64,000 nucleotides of DNA, taken from Chrysomallon squamiferum. Lineage: Eukaryota > Animalia > Mollusca. Positions 57,574-64,000 of the stretch are shown one piece after another. Position numbers and translations under genes: made by a program. The stretch spans positions 12,772,001 through 12,836,000 of the forward strand of contig CM022673.1 of NCBI GenBank assembly GCA_012295275.1, in the 5' to 3' direction. Each line of letters begins with the position of its first letter. The stretch's first letter is position 1. The notes under the pieces were generated by a model. The model was given only the letters and a program-made list of their open reading frames with translations, did no database searches and was not told where the DNA came from.

Positions 57574-58707
57574 ACGTATATGTATGCTTGCATAAATGCA
57601 CATATTTTCATCAGAAAGTATCAAAATAAATTTCCATATATAAACACCGACTATAAAATCATGCAAGAGCACTGTGTGGAACTGGATATAACCCTCTAAC
57701 GAATACCCCATCCAGTGAGTTCTCTAAGCAGGCTAAATGTTTAAGATTATAAGCATTATGATGAGACACAGGAATTATCTGGTTTTATCAAGCACTTTAC
57801 ACCTCCCAATGACTAGCAGACGTCAATTACCAGGCCCAGCCTCACACTGACATTGTGTGGCCTGTGGTGAATAGGAAAGTGCTAGTGTCTGCAGCCTCAA
57901 TTTGGATCACATCAGACAATTAGCTCTGAGCTAAAAAAATTGTTATTAGTGATGTCTGTTACTCTTTGGAAATCATTTTAAAATATATGAAGAAAAAAGG
58001 AGATGAAGATAAATGATAATGAAGAAAATGGAGATAAGGAAAATGATAATGAAGAAAATGAAGAAAAAAATAAAGAAGATGAAGATGAAGAAATTGAAGA
58101 TAAAGAAGATAAAGAAAATGGAGAAGATGAAGAAAAAGAAGACAAAAAGAGGAAGAAATGAAGATAAAGAATAAAAAATAATACGATGAAGATTATTTTT
58201 GTGTAGGATGTTATGAATGTTTTTAAAAATGTACTGAATGTGTTGTTCATTTTTACTTTTCCTTCTACGACCCAAAATGTTTTCAATTAACAATCAATAA
58301 AAAGAAAGCTGTTCAGTGAACTCTCACACAGGTTAATACTAGTGGTTATGAAGATCATGTGTTTGGAGATAATAAAAATTACAGAGCTCTGGTTGGAATG
58401 GGATTGATAACTAATAAATGATAATCACTGAAGACATCAAATTATAGATGTTATTCCACAGATGACTTATATCTGTTTCTCTGATGAAAGTTTTCTCAAG
58501 GGAAGATAAAATATGTGTAGTAGAAAATGACAGCTAACTGATGTGTTTAATTATTACATGTCAAAGTTAATAAAGAAACATTAAACAGTTTCCATTTTCT
58601 GTGTACCTTCATTTTATTTTTATTTTCTATTTACTCCCTCTCTGTCTCTCTCTCTCTCTCGTTCTTCCTCTGTCTCTTTTTATCACTCTGTCTCTCTCTT
58701 GTTCTTT

Positions 58708-58767
<60 letters not shown>

Positions 58768-59560
58768 CACTGTCTCAAAAATAGGCAGGATAATCTATTG
58801 CCATCTTTATTTTTTCTTCTATCTGCTATTCTGTCTATTTATATATCATATGTCATATCTAATCTATTTGTTTATCTTTTAGTACCCCTTAGTATTTCTG
58901 TCTTCCACTTGTCTCTCTCTCTCTTTGTATCTATATCTATACACATCTATATCTCTATCTATCTATCTGTCTGTCTGTACATATATATATATGTATGTAT
59001 ATGTGTGTGTGTGTGTGTCTGTGTGTGTGTGTGTATGTGAGTTTGTACATATATCTATTGTTTAGTCTGTATGTCACTATTTACATCAGCATGTTTTCAA
59101 AACAAAGCTTTCTGTTTATCTCTGACAGAGGAATAGTCACTGTCAAACTTTACTATTATTAAATGATTAACCCTGCAGACATTCCAGCAGCTCATTAATA
59201 CAGAATAGATTTCTAACAGCAACGCTAGCTAATCTTACATGCATCCGGAACGGGAAATCAAAAGAGATTGCATTTTTCTGAGTTTGGTGAATAACTGGGA
59301 CAGAAATTTAGAAAATAATATAATTTGAAAAATATTTTTGAAAAATATTTCTGAAAATAAAGTGGAAATTAAAAACAATTTAAAAAAAGAAAAAAAAGAA
59401 AGACTTTTAAGCAAACACAGTGTGATAAAAATATATTATTTCAAAATCTAGTAATAATTTTAATGGATTGAAGAGTTTGGAGAATAGGTTATTTATTATG
59501 AATTATTTTATACTGATGAAAAAGTAATAATTACTAATGGAAAGAGAGGACATGTATATC

Positions 59561-59606
<46 letters not shown>

Positions 59607-60329
59607 CATTTACTCATACACATAGTACATATATATGGAATTGTTAATAGTGTATCATTGATTTTCAAGAATAGTGTAACTGATTTTACAACAGAGATAA
59701 AGTCAGAAAGAAAATATCTGATATTTTATTTATAAAAATATTCACTGGAGATAACAAGAAATAAAATAAATATTTAACAGGGGATAAGAATGAGTTAAAG
59801 CCATTGCTATTTGTCAACTGATAATTTAAAAAAAAAAAAGAAGATGAATATTTTTTTATCTAAAAATTACTTCCCGGTGCACAAAGATTTTGCATGTGTA
59901 TAATTATATGATAATTATATTATGAGCGAACAGAAACACAAAAACATGTTCAGACCACACACATGTACATTCAAATACAAAAAAACATTCACACAAGTAC
60001 AGATGCATTCATAACAGACATATGCAGAGATAGACAAATATACATGTCAGTATATATATATATTCACTCATTTGCTTCAAAACATATGATTGCACACAAG
60101 TATTTGCCTAAAATAAGTAAGATAAAACATAAAGTAAATAGTAAGTCAATAAATAAGTATGTATATATGTATTTAGCAGTTAAACACATTTGTAAATACA
60201 AGAGTGGAAATGTTCACTGACTGATGAACTAACTAACTTACTAACCACAAACAAAAGCAGTTTCCCAACCTATCCAGTTAACTATCTCTTTAATTAACCA
60301 AACGAAAAGAATTTAGCTGATAGAAAAGT

Positions 60330-60790
60330 AATGTAACTTGTCAAATTTACTAACACCATAATGTGCCGAACTCATTAACATACTAACAGATTAATTGGCC
60401 GAACTCACTAACATACTAACATGCTTATTAACAAACTCACTAATATATTAACAGGGTTAGGATATTATTCAATTAAATGCCCAGTGAAAAAACATATTAA
60501 AAGGCTAATTTACAAAACTAACTAACATACTAACTTGCCAAACTCAAAAACATACTAACTTTTCAAACTTACTAACATGCTAACTTGTCACACTCATACA
60601 TATACTAACTTGCCAAACTCTCCAACACACCAATCTGTAAAATTATAACTGCAAAACACACTTACTATGAGACTAACTTGTCAAACTCACTAACATACTA
60701 ACTGATTAATTGCCAAAGACATGTACTAAAAGACTGACTTCTCAGACACACTAACATACTAACAGAACTCACTAGCCACACCAACATATT
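60330..60790 (+). repeat. ~25-bp minisatellite (AAACTCACTAACATACTAACTTGCC)n just inside the first intron
   Basis: Repeated ACTAACATACTAAC units. Confidence 0.85.
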
Positions 60791-60837
60791 ATCTGCTGGA
60801 CTAGAATAGAAAAGAAAACTAAGTAGGAAAGCCTTAC

Positions 60838-61322
60838 TTTTCTAACTTGTGAAGATGAGGAATCCGTCGAGGCTGGACTGGACTGACTCCTGAACAGATG
60901 GCATCTTCATCTAAATTCATCCATGGTATGTGTGTAGGGGTCAAAGGACGCCTTTCCTGGGCTGGAGCATCCATCCTCTTCTTCTCATCAGTAATTCCAG
61001 GTAAAACAATTTCCGACTTTGATTTCACTGTATCCACATTGTCACTGCCTGCCTTTAGTTTGGCAGCATCAACACTGTCCTTCTGTTTTGCACCAGCAGT
61101 GTCAACAGTATCCTTCTGCTTTGTTACAACAGTGTCAGTGTTGTCATTTTGCTTTGCTACAGCATCAACATCATCTTTTTGTTTCACGGTATCGTCAGCT
61201 GCTGCACTGGCCTTTTTCATATCGGCAACATTTTGGGGATTATCTTCATCTTTTCTGGTTTCATTTTGTAAAAGAGTTGTTATTTTTTCAATGTTTTCCT
61301 CCATGATGGTGCTCTGTGCCAT
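60838..61322 (-). CDS. First coding exon of an unidentified large multi-exon gene; disordered acidic/Lys-rich N-terminus with KQKDxVD repeats, then RRPLTPTHIPWMNLDEDAICSGVSPVQPRRIPHLHKLE
   Basis: The only ORF with complex, protein-like composition and raised GC. Start context is AACATGG (A at -3, G at +4) with an in-frame TGA 20 codons upstream. The apparent stop codon lies inside a splice donor (GAA AA|GTAAGG, GT at 60837-60836), so this is an exon with a phase-2 intron rather than a complete gene. Confidence 0.8.
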
Positions 61323-61700
61323 GTTATGGAAATGTTTAAACTTCAGATGAACTGCACAACAGGTAAGATATCCAGGTACTCAGAATCGTTAATGAAATAA
61401 CACAGGTGTTCCGATTTGGCAGTATTACAGGTGTTTTCAAATGATATTCAGAAAGATTATTAGGGGTGGTTGCTGGGGGGGGAGTGTTTTGTAGGGTGTT
61501 CTGTTTATGATCAAGAAATTTACAAAAAAAGTTTATGTCTAGTCAAAATGCTTCAGAGGTAAATTATATCCCAAAACAACATTTTATTTATTTTGATGAA
61601 TATTTTTTGTTCTGTTAATTACTTAAAGTCTTCAGTATTATATATTTTTTAATTATTTGACTGACTGTAAAATAACAGAATCCAGAAAAAAATATTTGTA
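61323..61700 (-). other. Probable 5' UTR part of the first coding exon and its upstream 3' splice site
   Basis: Minus strand reads ATTTTTTTCTGGATTCTGTTATTTTACAG|TCAG with AG at 61666-61665, giving an exon of 61664-60838. A weaker alternative acceptor lies near 61352. Confidence 0.4.
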
Positions 61701-62299
61701 GTATTCTTGTAAAACTGGCAGCCAATTATATTTTTTGTAATAAATAGTAAAATTCAAAATATTACTGCATGAAAAAATACTAACAAAACATTATAAAATA
61801 AATCAACACTTAAATATTATCCTTAGTTTAAAACTAAAATATCTAATTTCTTTTTTAATTCTTAAAATCAATTACTGTTTAATTTATAAAAATCTGTTTT
61901 AAAGCATTTACTCTAACTAAATTTTTTGTACTTTTTTAATGGTTTTTTTTGTTATATAAAAAGAAAAACATCAGAGATCTTATTTTCACAAAACAAAAGC
62001 AAGCAGAATATTAAATATTAAATAAACAAATAAATTTAATAATCCATACAATCTTTAAAAACATCTAAATGTGATAAAAAAAACCATTTACTTTTCACTT
62101 TCAACAGCTATTGTAATTTAAAAATCCAGATTTGATAACAGAATCACAGAAGTATGGACATCCGACACAACTATATTTCTATTAAACAAATATGAAAGAA
62201 ATTTTCTAAAACATCCACAACTGATAAAGAATTAAATGCAGAATGTCACATTTGTTTAAAAAAAACTCATCTGTGACAGAATCATGAAACTGTGGACAC

Positions 62300-62600
62300 C
62301 AACAACTACAGGGTCACAAGTCACCTGTTTTCAATAACATCAACAACAGCAGCACTGAACAGTTACAGCATATACGTTATCAGCTCAACTGAAATGAAAA
62401 TCCCCATGCAGTGACGGAAACACAAAAACACTGACAGCAGCAACTACACTATCCCGCTCTCCTGTTACAGAATGTTCTACCACATCCACTGCGATGGCAC
62501 CAACTCAGAATGAATGCCAGAGCAGGCAGCAGCTACCTGTTTTAAAACCACAGTCACTTAAATACGGATCAATAGCCGGTCATCTGCTACCTCTAGCTCA
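62300..62600. promoter_or_regulatory. GC/CpG-richer patch upstream of the first coding exon; candidate promoter or non-coding exon
   Basis: Several CGs (GACGG, CCCGC, GCGATG, TACGG, GCCGG) about 1 kb 5' of the ATG on the minus strand. Confidence 0.35.
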
Positions 62601-63764
62601 GTGAACAATCCTGTACAGAATTCACAGTTAGATGTAACATACTGACTTTTAGCTATCATCTCAATGCAGGTAATTAAAACAGGATAACCTGAGTTTTACA
62701 TGGGTGAGAAATAACCACAGGAAAACATATGAATTCATAAACAAGAGTTGTTGTTGTTGTTGCTGTTTATAAATAAATAGCATAAATATATAAATAAGTA
62801 TTGTAAGTTAATAAATAATAGAAAAATAAGTAAATAAATATGAAAAAAATTAATAAATAAATAACAAATAAGTAAGTAAGTAAATAAACTGATGTATAAC
62901 TAAATATGTAAGTAAATAACTAAACAAATAAATAATAAAATATTATCTAAATAAAAAAATAAAAAAATATATAAATAAATAAACAGAAATAGAATCATAT
63001 TCTAATCTTTTTGAGTGTTATGAACAAAAATTATATAACTAAATATTGGGAAAAGTATAAAAAAGAGAATGTATAGATGTGTGTATATTTATGAGTTACT
63101 GTTTATGTATTTGTGTTTGCATGTATGTATATATCAATATATATATATTTGTAAGAATGTAGATATACATATGCATATCTGTGTGCTTGTATGTAAATGT
63201 TTGTGTGTGCATGTATATATGTGTATATGTATGTATGTATGTATCTACATATGTATGTGTGTTTGTATATATCTATAAATGTATTTATATAAGCATATAT
63301 ATTTATCTGTATATTATACTTATCTATACATATATGTATTTCTATCAATTTATTTGTATACGTAAATATATCTGTTTTTCTTCATATCTGTGCACACAAA
63401 CACACACACACATACATATATATTATATGTATGTATGTATATTTATCTTTGTATATATATAATCTGTTTATCTACTAGGTATATATATATATAAATATGT
63501 ATATCTCTGTATTGTAAATAGTGATAATCACATATTTGTAACTGTTAAAGAAGACGTGACAAACAAAGTGTTACATCTTCAGGTTAATTAACTGTTTTAT
63601 TTATAAACATTTACCTGAAATGTCTCCCCAGGTAAAACTAGATGTTAATTAGTACATGATCATAAACACAGGCTCAGTCTATAAAAAGAAACCATCAAAA
63701 TAAGTGAGGACTGTAAAGAGCAAAACTGAATCTTTGAAATGTTTTTATTTGAATCTTTTATAAA

Positions 63765-63870
63765 TTTATTTTATTTATTTTATTTTATTTTATTTTATTT
63801 TATTTTATTTTATTTTATTTTATTTTATTTTATTTTATTTGTTTTATTTTATTTTATTTTATTTTATTTT
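63765..63870. repeat. (TTTTA)n pentanucleotide repeat
   Basis: Directly visible. Confidence 0.95.
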
Positions 63871-64000
63871 GATTGGTTATTTAACCTTTTTTTTTTTATT
63901 TGGTATTAATTTTATATATAAAAATAACTAAATAATATATAATAAAACAAATGAATGAAAATAAATAAATATGTGTGTGTGTTAATTTTTTTATTATATT

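Noticed and set aside
57985-58170. E/D/K-rich open frame of about 50 codons on the plus strand
   Set aside because: Degenerate GAA/GAT trinucleotide repeat with no good start or splice signals.
60898-61350. 150-aa and 95-aa plus-strand ORFs
   Set aside because: Antisense shadows of the real minus-strand exon.
63605-63640. Minus-strand TTTCAG|GTAAAT as a ratchet point or upstream exon donor
   Set aside because: The pyrimidine tract is too short and there is no independent support within the window.

Overview
This is eukaryotic (metazoan) DNA: very AT-rich, strongly CpG-depleted, and saturated with microsatellites, minisatellites and degenerate tRNA-derived SINE-like copies. The repeat landscape suggests a mollusc, but that is an inference. 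Almost every ORF in the track is a simple-repeat artefact. The best reading is the 5' part of one large minus-strand gene. A 161-codon first coding exon (61322-60838, phase-2 donor) is followed by an intron of more than 60 kb, with a probable short alternative first exon (MANNNYG, 1937-1918, also phase 2) near the left end. The shared downstream exons would lie left of the window, so the gene cannot be named. The main discovery is two cassettes at 41.7 kb and 12.3 kb with the same layout: [branch point/Y-tract]CAG|GTAAGTACTGC-N26/30-CAGAG|GTAAGT. They look like recursive-splicing ratchet points with short cryptic poison exons (42 and 46 nt), cutting the giant intron into pieces of 19.1 kb, 29.4 kb and more than 12 kb. 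Also present are a ~280-bp inverted duplication of about 96-97% identity 4.5 kb apart, CpG-retaining patches that may be promoters or enhancers, and a TTAA-flanked mini-element. All calls were made by eye; no database search was possible.
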